Shown here in pieces: positions 17,999-26,876 of a stretch of DNA of 64,000 nt; positions within the stretch are counted from its first letter, which is position 1, and each line of letters begins with the position of its first letter. Source of the DNA: an uncultured Syntrophomonadaceae bacterium (GTDB taxonomy: Bacteria; Bacillota; Dethiobacteria; DTU022); the NCBI GenBank assembly GCA_964420065.1, contig CAYQQK010000007.1, positions 5,462 to 69,461 on the forward strand, given 5' to 3'. Made by a program: the position numbers and the translations under genes. The notes beneath the pieces were generated by a model, which worked only from the letters and a program-made list of their open reading frames with translations, had not been told where the DNA came from and made no database searches.

Positions 17999-19339
17999 AT
18001 GTTATCCCGGCAGCTTGGCACCTACATTGCCTCACTGCGTTTTACCGATTTGCCCCCGGAAGTGGTGGCGGCGGTCAGAACGGCCGTGATGGACTGGCTC
18101 GGTTCGGTTGTGGGAGGGTCGGTCGAGGAGCCGGCCCGGATTACCGCCCGGGTGGTCGAGCGGAGTGGAGGCGCCCCCCAGGCCAGCCTGATCGGTTTTG
18201 AAGCAAGATCTTCGGCCTCGGGGGCGGCTCTGGTTAACGGAACATCGTGCCACATCCTGGAACTGGACGATCTGCACCGCAGTTCAATCCTTCACGCCGC
18301 GGCGCCCGTGATCTCCGCTGCGGCTGCAGCGGCGGAGATGGCCGGTCTTTCCGGAAAAGAATTCATCGCCGCCGTGGTTGCCGGTTACGAAACGGGTATT
18401 CGGATCGCGGAAGCGGTGACGCCGTCCCACTATTATTACTGGCATACTACCGCCACTTGCGGCACCTTTGGGGCCGCGGCGGCCGCGGCCCGGGCAATCG
18501 GCCTGGATGCAGCCCGGACGGCGCATGCCCTGGGCAATGCCGGTTCCCAGGCGGCCGGCCTGTGGGAATTTTTGCGGGACGGAGCGATGACCAAGCACCT
18601 GCATGCCGGGAAAGCCGCGATGAACGGCTTGCTGGCGGCGTTGTTGGCCCGGGAGGGTTTTACCGGGGCTTCGGCCATTCTGGAGGGGGAGAAAGGTTTC
18701 TTCAGGGCGACCGCCCCGGAATATGAAACAGGGAAGGTTACCGCCGGTTTGGGGCGGGAGTACCGCCTGCTCGAAAATAGTTACAAGATCTATCCCTCTT
18801 GCCGCCATACCCACAGCGGAACGGACCTGGCGATCAAGATGGCCCGGGAGGGGCTTGATCCGGAAACAGTTGAGGCGATCCGGATTAAAACCTATGGCGG
18901 GGCGCTAGATCTGGTCGGAAACGCCAAGCCGTCCACTCCGTACCAGGCCAAGTTCAGCTATCCCTACTGTGTTTGCCATGCCCTGGTGCACGGCAAGCTG
19001 GATCTGGATAGTTTCGATGTAACGTGGGGGATCGAGCCGGCGGTGCAGCGCTTGCTTTCCCGCTGCCGGGTTGAAGCCGATCCGGAGATTGAAAAATTGT
19101 ACCCGCAGCGCTGGCCGGCCGGGCTTGAAGTTGATCTGGTGGACGGGCAGGTTTTATATGAACGGACCGACTACCCCTGTGGCGATCCGGAAAATCCGGC
19201 CTCACCGGAGGAGATGCAGCGAAAATTCGGCGGGCTGGCCCGCCGGGTTTGGCCCAAGGGGAAAATTGGCCGGGTACTGGAGATGGTGGGCCGGTTGGAA
19301 GACCTGGCGCAGATTGGAGATCTTTTTAACGGAACGTAA
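17999..19339 (+). CDS. MmgE/PrpD family protein (2-methylcitrate dehydratase fold)
   Basis: HILELDDLH, HAAAPV, WHTTATCG, KHLHAG, KIYPSCRHTH, AKFSYPY; ATG 17999 after AAGGAG. The track start at 17693 overlaps the tRNA. Confidence 0.9.
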   Translation: MLSRQLGTYIASLRFTDLPPEVVAAVRTAVMDWLGSVVGGSVEEPARITARVVERSGGAPQASLIGFEARSSASGAALVNGTSCHILELDDLHRSSILHAAAPVISAAAAAAEMAGLSGKEFIAAVVAGYETGIRIAEAVTPSHYYYWHTTATCGTFGAAAAAARAIGLDAARTAHALGNAGSQAAGLWEFLRDGAMTKHLHAGKAAMNGLLAALLAREGFTGASAILEGEKGFFRATAPEYETGKVTAGLGREYRLLENSYKIYPSCRHTHSGTDLAIKMAREGLDPETVEAIRIKTYGGALDLVGNAKPSTPYQAKFSYPYCVCHALVHGKLDLDSFDVTWGIEPAVQRLLSRCRVEADPEIEKLYPQRWPAGLEVDLVDGQVLYERTDYPCGDPENPASPEEMQRKFGGLARRVWPKGKIGRVLEMVGRLEDLAQIGDLFNGT

Positions 19340-19396
19340 CCGGTTCCTGGGATGAGAAACAACTGCCGCAGGTGATCTATGGGGAGGCAATAGACA

Positions 19397-20074
19397 ATGG
19401 TAAAAACAGTTTCAGTTTATTACATGGGCAAAGAGTACCTGGTGCCGGAGGGGGTGACCATTCAGAAAGCAATTGAATATTCCGGTTACCGGATGATTCG
19501 GGGCTGCGGTTGCCGGGGCGGTTTCTGCGGGAGTTGTGCCACGATCTACCGGATCCCCGGCGATCACCGGTTAAAAGTAGGGATGGCCTGTCAGACCAAG
19601 GTCGAACCGGGAATGACTTTTTTTATCATGCCTTACTATCCCATCCAAAAACCACATTATGAACTGGCGGTCATTGATGATCCGGCCAAGGCGCTGCACC
19701 GGCTCTACCCGGAGTTGTTCAGTTGCCTGGGCTGCAGCGCCTGCACCAAAATATGTTCACAGGATCTGGAAGTCATGGACTACATCGCCGCGGCCCAGCG
19801 GGGCGATCTGGCCGGGACGGCCGAGTTGTCGTTGGACTGCATCATGTGCGGCCTTTGTGCTTCCCGGTGCCTGGCCCAACTGGTGCCGTACCAGATTGCC
19901 ATGACCGCCCGCCGTCTGCATGCTTTCTTCAATTTGACCCGCCCTCCTTACGTGGGTGAACGCATTCGTGAAGTAGACGAGGGAAAGTATGCTCCTGAAA
20001 TTGACCGGTTGATGGTCGCAGATATCGAGCATCTTCAAAAGCTTTATGCGGCCCGGGAGATCGAAAGCATTTAG
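19397..20074 (+). CDS. Iron-sulfur protein (SdhB/FrdB/TfrB-like; 2Fe-2S plus 4Fe-4S dicluster)
   Basis: GCGCRGGFCGSCA...MACQT; CLGCSACTKIC; CIMCGLCASRC. Confidence 0.85.
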   Translation: MVKTVSVYYMGKEYLVPEGVTIQKAIEYSGYRMIRGCGCRGGFCGSCATIYRIPGDHRLKVGMACQTKVEPGMTFFIMPYYPIQKPHYELAVIDDPAKALHRLYPELFSCLGCSACTKICSQDLEVMDYIAAAQRGDLAGTAELSLDCIMCGLCASRCLAQLVPYQIAMTARRLHAFFNLTRPPYVGERIREVDEGKYAPEIDRLMVADIEHLQKLYAAREIESI

Positions 20075-20096
20075 GATACAAGGAGAGAACAAAACC

Positions 20097-21719
20097 ATGT
20101 CATATTCAGGTCACTTTCAAACATCACTGGAAAAGCTCAAGGCAACGCGCCGCTTCCGTCGCACCCAGGAAATCCCCCGTCTGGGTGATGACGAGCGAAT
20201 GCGGCTCATTTCCGCTTTTCACCCTGATTATCGCGCCGAGGGGATGTGTCCCTTGAACCTGGGTCCCAACCGGGGGGAGCCGGTGCCGGTGGAATTTGCC
20301 CGGGTGATCGAAGCGTACAGCATTTGTGATCCGGTCAAGCTGCGCCTGGAAGAGCCCGATTACAGAACCGATGTTTTGGTTGTCGGCGGTGGCGGTGCCG
20401 GGGTTGCCGCCGCCTTGACGGCCCGGGAAGAAGGACTGAAAGTGCTTTTGGCGACCAAGTTACGGGTGGGAGATGCCAATACGATCATGGCCGAGGGGGG
20501 CATGTGTTCGGCGGTGCATCCCGGCGATAATCCTTACCTGCACTACCTGGATACGATCGGCGGCGGCCATTACACCAATGTGCCCGATCTGGTCAAAGCC
20601 CTGGTTTTGGACGGGCCGGAAGTGGCCGGCTGGTTGATGAGTCTGGGGGTCATGTTTGACTATGAACCCGGGGGCATTCTGAAACTGAATCACTGCGGGG
20701 GGCACTCGCGCAAGCGGATGCTTTCGTGCAAGGACTTGACCGGGATGGAGTTGATGCGGGTTCTCCGGGATGAGCTCGAAAACCGTTCCATCCCCCGCCT
20801 GGAGTTCACGGCGGCGGTGGATCTGCTTCTGGACGAAAACGGGAGATGCGCCGGGGCGGTGCTCTTTAACCTGGAAACGGGAGAGATGATGACGGTGCAT
20901 GCGGGGGCGGTGATCCTCGCGACCGGGGGCATCGGCCGGCTGCATATCCAGGATTTTCCCACGACCAACCATTACGGGGCGACCGCGGACGGGCTGGTCC
21001 TGGCCTATCGTGCCGGGGCACGCCTGATTCACATGGACAGTATCCAGTACCACCCTACCGGGGCGGTCTGGCCGGAACAGTTGATGGGCCAGCTTATTAC
21101 CGAGGTCATGCGCGGCCATGGCGCTCAACTGGTCAATGCCGAAGGGGAACGGTTTGTAAACGAGCTGGAATGCCGCGATACCTGCGCTTCGGCCTGCATC
21201 CGGGAATGTGTTGAACGAAATAAAGGGATTGAAACCCCGACCGGCACACTCGGGGTATGGCTCGATACGCCGTTGATCGAGGGGGTTGAAAATCATTTTG
21301 TCGGGATATACACCCGTTTCAAAAAGTACGAGATCGATATTCGTGATGAACCCATCCTGATCTATCCGACCCAGCATTACCAGAACGGCGGTCTGATGAT
21401 CAACCCCTGGGGCGAAACAACCGTGGGCGGTCTTTTTGCGGCCGGGGAGGTGGCCGGGGGGGTGCAGGGCAAGAACCGTCTGGCCGGGAACAGCCTGCTC
21501 GATCTATTTGTTTTCGGACGGAGGGCTGCCCGGCGGGCCGCTGCAGCAGCACGCGATCACAGTCCCGGCAAACCTTCCCTGGAACACGTTTGGGCCTATC
21601 ACCGGGAGCTGGAACTATTGGGGGTGGAGCACAGTCGCCGCTCGCCGCTGCTGTTGCCCAACTATGTCCGGCCGGAGACAAAGGCGCGGCGTCTCGATGA
21701 AAACCCGGTCTGCTTGTAG
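20097..21719 (+). CDS. SdhA/FrdA/NadB-family flavoprotein, soluble, probably non-covalent FAD
   Basis: DVLVVGGGGAG, ANTIMAEGG (Asn at the covalent-His position), GGHSRKR, QYHPTG, LITEVMRG, ECRD, HYQNGG, NRLAGNSL; about 85-aa N-terminal extension; ATG 20097 after AGGAGAG. Confidence 0.85.
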   Translation: MSYSGHFQTSLEKLKATRRFRRTQEIPRLGDDERMRLISAFHPDYRAEGMCPLNLGPNRGEPVPVEFARVIEAYSICDPVKLRLEEPDYRTDVLVVGGGGAGVAAALTAREEGLKVLLATKLRVGDANTIMAEGGMCSAVHPGDNPYLHYLDTIGGGHYTNVPDLVKALVLDGPEVAGWLMSLGVMFDYEPGGILKLNHCGGHSRKRMLSCKDLTGMELMRVLRDELENRSIPRLEFTAAVDLLLDENGRCAGAVLFNLETGEMMTVHAGAVILATGGIGRLHIQDFPTTNHYGATADGLVLAYRAGARLIHMDSIQYHPTGAVWPEQLMGQLITEVMRGHGAQLVNAEGERFVNELECRDTCASACIRECVERNKGIETPTGTLGVWLDTPLIEGVENHFVGIYTRFKKYEIDIRDEPILIYPTQHYQNGGLMINPWGETTVGGLFAAGEVAGGVQGKNRLAGNSLLDLFVFGRRAARRAAAAARDHSPGKPSLEHVWAYHRELELLGVEHSRRSPLLLPNYVRPETKARRLDENPVCL

Positions 21720-21828
21720 GGGACGGTTCTTGCGGATGGTTAAAATAATTCTATAACGGTTGCCATTGGCAACTTCAACAATTTGATAACATTGGGGATT
21801 TGATATTTCACCGCAAGAACCGTCCCCT
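21718..21828. repeat. REPIN/MITE-like element: perfect 18-bp terminal inverted repeat with AT-rich core
   Basis: AGGGGACGGTTCTTGCGG (21718-21735) and CCGCAAGAACCGTCCCCT (21811-21828); 75-nt spacer with 23 G+C (about 31%) containing the palindrome GTTGCCA-T-TGGCAAC. Confidence 0.85.
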
Positions 21829-23231
21829 CATCTGCCTCGAAGGCGGGCCTGGTATCGATCGTCCCGTAAAACGAAAAAGAGAGCGGCGGCGGCCAGATCT
21901 GCCGCGCCGCCGGGGCTCAAGCCGAGACGGAAGAATTCGTGCTTCAATGAGGCCAGTTTCGTCCACCCCTTTTCGGTAAACACTCCGCCTGCAGCAAGGA
22001 TGGCGGCCGCCCTTTCCCGGGCCAGGTGCAAGGCGGCAATTCCCCCACGCCCGACAAGAGTAGTGTCCTCGGCCCGGGCCATCGCCGCCAGGAGAGCCTG
22101 GAGAGCAGCGCTGTTGAGGGAGGCGCCGCCGGCCAAAGTGACCCGGGCGGCGGGCAAAGCCGCTTCAAAAACGGTTGCAAAACCGCTTTCAGCCTCACCA
22201 CGCACCCCGCCAAGCCCGTACTTTCGGTATGCTTTCTCTCCGGCGCTTGACCGGTCGGCTGTGGGGGAGCGTTTCAGTTCAGTTTCAACCAAACCCCGGG
22301 TCATGGCCCGGATCAGGCGGCGCAACTTTTCTTCTTCGGTCCGGCCATTCAGTGCCCCCAGGGCGGACAGGATCAAACCCATGACAAAAATGTAACCTTT
22401 TTGTGTATTAACCCCACGGGTGGCCCGCAACATTTTGCGTTCACCGCAGGCTCCGACAGCTCGGGCCTGTACGAAAAGCCGGTCGGGAAAACGGTATTTT
22501 TCGCCGGCGCTGTAAAGCGCCGTAAAAACTTCGGTCAGTGCGGTCGAGCTAAGGATGAAGGTCCCCAGGTCCATGTCCCGGTGAGTGCCGTTTTCCCGGC
22601 TGGAAACCAGCCCCGGTTTAGGATAGGCTGATACTTCCAAAAGGGCCGCGGCAACGGCTGTCTCTCCGGCCCGCCGGGCGTCCCGGCTGGAAGGCTGCCC
22701 CAGGAAGTAATCTTCCAGGTGTCGCCGGAAGGCTCCGGTTACGGCGGGGCGCGGGTGTAGGCCTGCGCGATGGCACACTTTGGCCGGTCCGCCGCAAAGG
22801 ATGCAGGGGCGGGGTGGCAGGTTTAATTCTTTTCGGGAAAGGGGACGCCCGGCGGGGCCGATCACGTCCAGATCCAGAAAGAAACCGAGCGGCGACTGCT
22901 CTTCCAGCTCCATCACGGTTTGCTTCACCTTCAGGGCATCACCGGGCAGGGCAAAGACCCGCCATCCTTCCGGGGCGACGTGGGTTTCACGGGTTTGCGC
23001 CAAAAGGGGCTGTGTGGCTGCCAAGTCCGCAGCTTCGGCTAGAAGCGCCCGGCCTTCCGGGGAGGGCAGCAGTTCTCCGGGCAAGCGCAGGCTGATTGAG
23101 AGAAGCGGAGGGCCATACCGTGCGAGCAGTGTCCGCTGCACCCCAAAGCGTTCTTCCTTTTGCCGCAGCGTTTCCCGCTTTGTGACGGAGTCCGGTTTCC
23201 GGGGATGCCGGAGGTGTTCGGAAGTGCTCAT
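21828..23231 (-). CDS. citXG: CitX-CitG fusion (holo-ACP synthase plus triphosphoribosyl-dephospho-CoA synthase)
   Basis: N-terminal ERF..QRTLL...LSISLRLPG, FLDLDV, RPCILCG (CitX); LLEVSAYPKPGLVS, GVNTQKG, GGVRGEA, LSPGGAADL (CitG). Confidence 0.85.
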   Translation of the reverse strand: MSTSEHLRHPRKPDSVTKRETLRQKEERFGVQRTLLARYGPPLLSISLRLPGELLPSPEGRALLAEAADLAATQPLLAQTRETHVAPEGWRVFALPGDALKVKQTVMELEEQSPLGFFLDLDVIGPAGRPLSRKELNLPPRPCILCGGPAKVCHRAGLHPRPAVTGAFRRHLEDYFLGQPSSRDARRAGETAVAAALLEVSAYPKPGLVSSRENGTHRDMDLGTFILSSTALTEVFTALYSAGEKYRFPDRLFVQARAVGACGERKMLRATRGVNTQKGYIFVMGLILSALGALNGRTEEEKLRRLIRAMTRGLVETELKRSPTADRSSAGEKAYRKYGLGGVRGEAESGFATVFEAALPAARVTLAGGASLNSAALQALLAAMARAEDTTLVGRGGIAALHLARERAAAILAAGGVFTEKGWTKLASLKHEFFRLGLSPGGAADLAAAALFFVLRDDRYQARLRGR

Positions 23232-24043
23232 AAGGTGTTTGCCTCCAGGCAGGGCAGCCCTGCTTCACGGAACAGGGGCCGGGCCCGGCTGTTGTAGGTT
23301 TCGGCACCGGGCATGAGCACTACGCCGCTCAGGGAAAGGGCGGCGGCTGCTTTGATAAAAAGCCGGGCCTGAAGGAGGGCCCAGGCGCGGGGAGCTGCAG
23401 CCGCATCTTCAATGTAGTAGGATGGGAACAAGGAACAGGGTCGGAAATAATCTTCTCCTTCATGGCAAAGCAGACCCGGGGGGGGTGACTGCACAGCAGG
23501 CGCCCCGGCCAGGATCAGGACTGCCGGTTTGGACCCGGCCAGGGAGAGAAAAGCACGGATTTGTTGGGGGGACAGGTTTTCATGGGTAACTGCCGCCACC
23601 GCCTCCGGGGGGACAATTTTCCGGAACCGGCTCAGGTACCGGTCAAAGGAACCGAAGCCGGCTTCCAGCAGCACCGACCACGGTTCAGCCCGGCTAACTT
23701 CACGAAAACCCATCACCCGGAAAAAAGGCGACGCTTCGGGAGAGGTGTAAACGATGGTATGAACGATGCCCCGGAGGCGTTGCCGGGCTATCGCCCGTCC
23801 GACTATGTCACGGCCGGTACCGGTGCCCCGCAGATCCGGGCGCACGGCTACGCCCTTGATAATTTTGTTCCGAAAGGAAGCTGTCGCCGCCGGTCCGGCG
23901 TCATCCCAAAAAACAAGGGTCAGATCCGACGGTCCTTCCCAGCGCAACCCGGCGCCGGCGAGCAGTTCACCGGCACCGGGCGGCGCATCCATGGCGCCGG
24001 CCCATGATTTTTCTTCAAAACGGTGTTGAAAAAAGTATCCCAA
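23228..24043 (-). CDS. citC: Degenerate CitC ([citrate lyase] ligase)-like protein: GNAT domain intact, nucleotidyltransferase motif lost
   Basis: IKGVAVRPDLRGTGTG (GNAT motif A), YTSP, GFREV, LFPSYY, TYN; canonical MNANPFTxGH replaced by VTHENLSPQQ; only 271 aa; inside the cit cluster. Confidence 0.7.
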   Translation of the reverse strand: MGYFFQHRFEEKSWAGAMDAPPGAGELLAGAGLRWEGPSDLTLVFWDDAGPAATASFRNKIIKGVAVRPDLRGTGTGRDIVGRAIARQRLRGIVHTIVYTSPEASPFFRVMGFREVSRAEPWSVLLEAGFGSFDRYLSRFRKIVPPEAVAAVTHENLSPQQIRAFLSLAGSKPAVLILAGAPAVQSPPPGLLCHEGEDYFRPCSLFPSYYIEDAAAAPRAWALLQARLFIKAAAALSLSGVVLMPGAETYNSRARPLFREAGLPCLEANTL

Positions 24044-24069
24044 GAGAACTGGCTCCCTGCAAAACCGGC

Positions 24070-25626
24070 TTAATCGGCCATTTTGTGGATTACATCGATC
24101 ACACTGCCGTTACGGTACTCGACCACGCCGATGATCTCTTGTGCCAATGCGGGTGACCGGGGCCGGCCGGTAACCCTTTCAATGGCGGCCTTGAGGTCAT
24201 GGATCTCCTTTACCGGCAAGCCTGCTTCGACCAGCCGTTCCCGTAAGTCCGCGCGACGCGGGTTCACGGCAATGCCGAGTTCGGTGACCACACAATCTAC
24301 CGTTTCGCCAGGCGTGGTCAGGGTTACAACCCGATCAACAATGATCGGCAGGCGCCCGCGCCAGGCCGGGGTGACGACGATGGCCAGTTTGGCTCCGGCG
24401 GCGGTATCGGCATGTCCTCCGGAGCCGCCGATGATCAACCCGTTTGAAGCCGTGTGGGCGTTGACGTTGAAGGCGGTATCGACTTCAATCGCACTTAAGA
24501 GCATGATATCCAGGCTGTTGACGGCGCACCCTTTGGCATGGATGTTGGCGTAGCGTGAAGAAGAGATCTCTACATGGCGCGGGTTGTCCCGGAGCGAGTG
24601 GATCGAGGGGAGGTCGAAAGTTTGGGTGTCCAGAAGACACTTGAAAAAGCCGTCTTGCAGCAATTCGACCAGGTAAGATGTAATCCCGCCCAGGCCGAAT
24701 GATCCGCCTACCCCTGATTGCTCCATTCTTTTCCTTAAAAACCGAGCTACCGCCAGGGAGACTCCACCGGTTCCGGTCTGGAAAGAAACCCCATCCTGAA
24801 GCAACCCCGATGCGGCGATAACCTTGGCTGCCTGCGCGGCGATGGTCAGCCCAAGTGGATCGCGAATCATGCGCACCGCGCCGGTGGTAATACCGGCCGG
24901 ATCTCCAACCCGTTCCATGCGGACAACATAGTCTACCTCGCTTTCATCGGCGCTGGTCGGAACGAGCGGATAGGGCAGCAGGTGGTCGGTCAGAACCACC
25001 ACTTTCCGGGCATAACGGCTGTCGGAAAGGCAGTAGCCCAGGGAACCGCAGGCCAACGGGCCGCTGACGCCGTTGAAATTACCGGCCGGATCGGCTGCCG
25101 GGGCGCCGATAAAAGCGACATCGATCTTTTCCTCTCCGGCCTCGATGGCCCGATCCCGTCCGCCGTGGGTCCGGAAAACTATGGGGAAGGGGAATTCGCC
25201 CCGGCAGGCCGCTTCCGCAACCGGACCGTTCATAAAATTGCAGGACAGCCGTGTCACCGTGCCGCGTCGCATATAATCGACCAGCGGAGCGTGAACGGGG
25301 AAAACCGAACTGATTGCCACTTTCAGTTCCCTTATACCCAGGGAGGAGACGGTTTCCATGACCGCGTTGACCACCGCATCACCATTCCGGAAGTGGTGAT
25401 GAAAGGAAATGGTCATGCCGTCTTCCAGCCCGCACCGGCGGATTGCTTCGGCGATGTCGGGCAGCAATTTATTATCTCCCGGACGGGCCCGGCCGCCGGT
25501 CCACGCCGCGGCCTTTTGCGGTTCCGGTTCAACGGTGAACGGTCCCGTGTACGGGATGACGTCCTTGTATCCTTTTATTTTTCCCGGCAGTTCCCGGCCG
25601 GCGGAATTAACCAGCATCGTTTTCAT
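24070..25626 (-). CDS. citF: Citrate lyase alpha chain (CoA/ACP transferase)
   Basis: LEDGMTISFHHHFRNGD, FRTHGGRDRAI, SFQTGTGG, GGSGGHADTAAGAKL, VVTELGIAVNP. Confidence 0.95.
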   Translation of the reverse strand: MKTMLVNSAGRELPGKIKGYKDVIPYTGPFTVEPEPQKAAAWTGGRARPGDNKLLPDIAEAIRRCGLEDGMTISFHHHFRNGDAVVNAVMETVSSLGIRELKVAISSVFPVHAPLVDYMRRGTVTRLSCNFMNGPVAEAACRGEFPFPIVFRTHGGRDRAIEAGEEKIDVAFIGAPAADPAGNFNGVSGPLACGSLGYCLSDSRYARKVVVLTDHLLPYPLVPTSADESEVDYVVRMERVGDPAGITTGAVRMIRDPLGLTIAAQAAKVIAASGLLQDGVSFQTGTGGVSLAVARFLRKRMEQSGVGGSFGLGGITSYLVELLQDGFFKCLLDTQTFDLPSIHSLRDNPRHVEISSSRYANIHAKGCAVNSLDIMLLSAIEVDTAFNVNAHTASNGLIIGGSGGHADTAAGAKLAIVVTPAWRGRLPIIVDRVVTLTTPGETVDCVVTELGIAVNPRRADLRERLVEAGLPVKEIHDLKAAIERVTGRPRSPALAQEIIGVVEYRNGSVIDVIHKMAD

Positions 25627-26461
25627 CCTCCCCGGCCGCTTCCAAAACCCGGCGTGCTTTCCGGATCAGCGGTTTGTCGATCATTTTACCCTTGAACTGT
25701 ACCGCACCCAAACCTTTTTCCGCCGCTTCACGAGCTGCCCGGAGCAGCTGCCGCGCTTCCTCTATTTCGGCGGCCGCCGGAGTAAAGAGCGGCTGGATCA
25801 CTTCAATGTGGAGCGGGCTGATTGCGGCCTTGCCGGTAAACCCGGTTTCCCTGGCCCGGATTGTGTCCCGGCGCAGGCCTTCCAGATCGTCGATGACGAT
25901 AAAAGGCGTGTCGATCGGTTGCACCCCGGCGGCGCAGCAGGCCAACGCGATCGTAAACCGGGCGAAGGTGATCTCGTCACCGCCGGGAGTACGGGTCAGG
26001 CCCATCTCTGCGGTTAAATCCTCCGCACCGAGCATGAGCCCCCTGATTCGGGATGAAGCTGTCGCCGTGGCGAAGGCTTGTTGCAAGCCGATCGGAGTTT
26101 CGATAATACCGATGATCTTCTTGTCCGTGCCTTCCAGAGCCAGATCGAGCTCCCGGATCGTTTCCGGATCGGATTTGGGGAGCACAATCGTGCTTACGAT
26201 CGGCATACGGGTTACCACGGCCAGGTCTTCCTCTCCCCAGGGGGTATTTAAAGGGTTGATCCGGACCGTGACCGTTTTATCACCAAAAGGCAGTGCGGCG
26301 CAGGCGTGCTTGACCAGGATGCGACTGTTTTCCTTTTCCGTGACGGCAACGGCGTCCTCCAGGTCAAGGATCACTGCATCCACCGGCAATACAGCGGCGG
26401 TGCGAAGCATGGCCGGGCTGCTGCCCGGTACAAACAGGTAAACACGTTGGGTTTCGCTCAT
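25607..26461 (-). CDS. citE: Citrate lyase beta chain (citryl-ACP lyase)
   Basis: LFVPGSSP, DAVILDLEDAV, VRINP, IETP, LGAEDL, GFTGKAAISP, GKMIDKP. Confidence 0.92.
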   Translation of the reverse strand: MSETQRVYLFVPGSSPAMLRTAAVLPVDAVILDLEDAVAVTEKENSRILVKHACAALPFGDKTVTVRINPLNTPWGEEDLAVVTRMPIVSTIVLPKSDPETIRELDLALEGTDKKIIGIIETPIGLQQAFATATASSRIRGLMLGAEDLTAEMGLTRTPGGDEITFARFTIALACCAAGVQPIDTPFIVIDDLEGLRRDTIRARETGFTGKAAISPLHIEVIQPLFTPAAAEIEEARQLLRAAREAAEKGLGAVQFKGKMIDKPLIRKARRVLEAAGEDENDAG

Positions 26462-26781
26462 GACAGTACACCTGCTTTTCGGGCCCGCATTACGGCCGCC
26501 TCAACCCGGGCGACAACAGTGCAATCGAGGGCGCCGTTGTCTTCAGCGTAGATCGTGACCCCGGTCACTTTCAATTCGCGCAGGGTTGTTTCAATTTGAG
26601 CCCGAATATCTTCGCCAAAATGTGTCTCCAGTTCGCCGGTAAGGTTGATCCGGTTCCCCTTTTCTCCGGTGCAAGTAAGTGTGATCAGAATGTCGCTTGA
26701 TTCCAGGGATCCGGCCTGGGCTTGATTCGCGTCCACTTTTATCACCGTCCCATTGTTAATGTTGATCCTGATCTTACACAC
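26458..26781 (-). CDS. citD: Citrate lyase acyl carrier protein (gamma chain); true start may be some codons downstream
   Basis: AGSLESSD prosthetic-group attachment motif, HFGEDI, DNGALDC..VARVEAA. Confidence 0.9.
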   Translation of the reverse strand: MCKIRININNGTVIKVDANQAQAGSLESSDILITLTCTGEKGNRINLTGELETHFGEDIRAQIETTLRELKVTGVTIYAEDNGALDCTVVARVEAAVMRARKAGVLS

Positions 26782-26806
26782 CGTGTCCCATATTTCCTAT
26801 TAATCC

Positions 26807-26824
26807 GACAAGTTTGCTTGTCAA
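26807..26824 (-). promoter_or_regulatory. Palindrome overlapping a TTGACA box upstream of citD (possible operator)
   Basis: GACAAG-TTTG-CTTGTC (26807-26822); minus-strand TTGACA at 26824-26819; no good -10 box found. Confidence 0.35.
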
Positions 26825-26876
26825 CAACAATCCGAATCCGGGTCTACCGCCATGCCGTACCGATTGTCCGGTGAAG

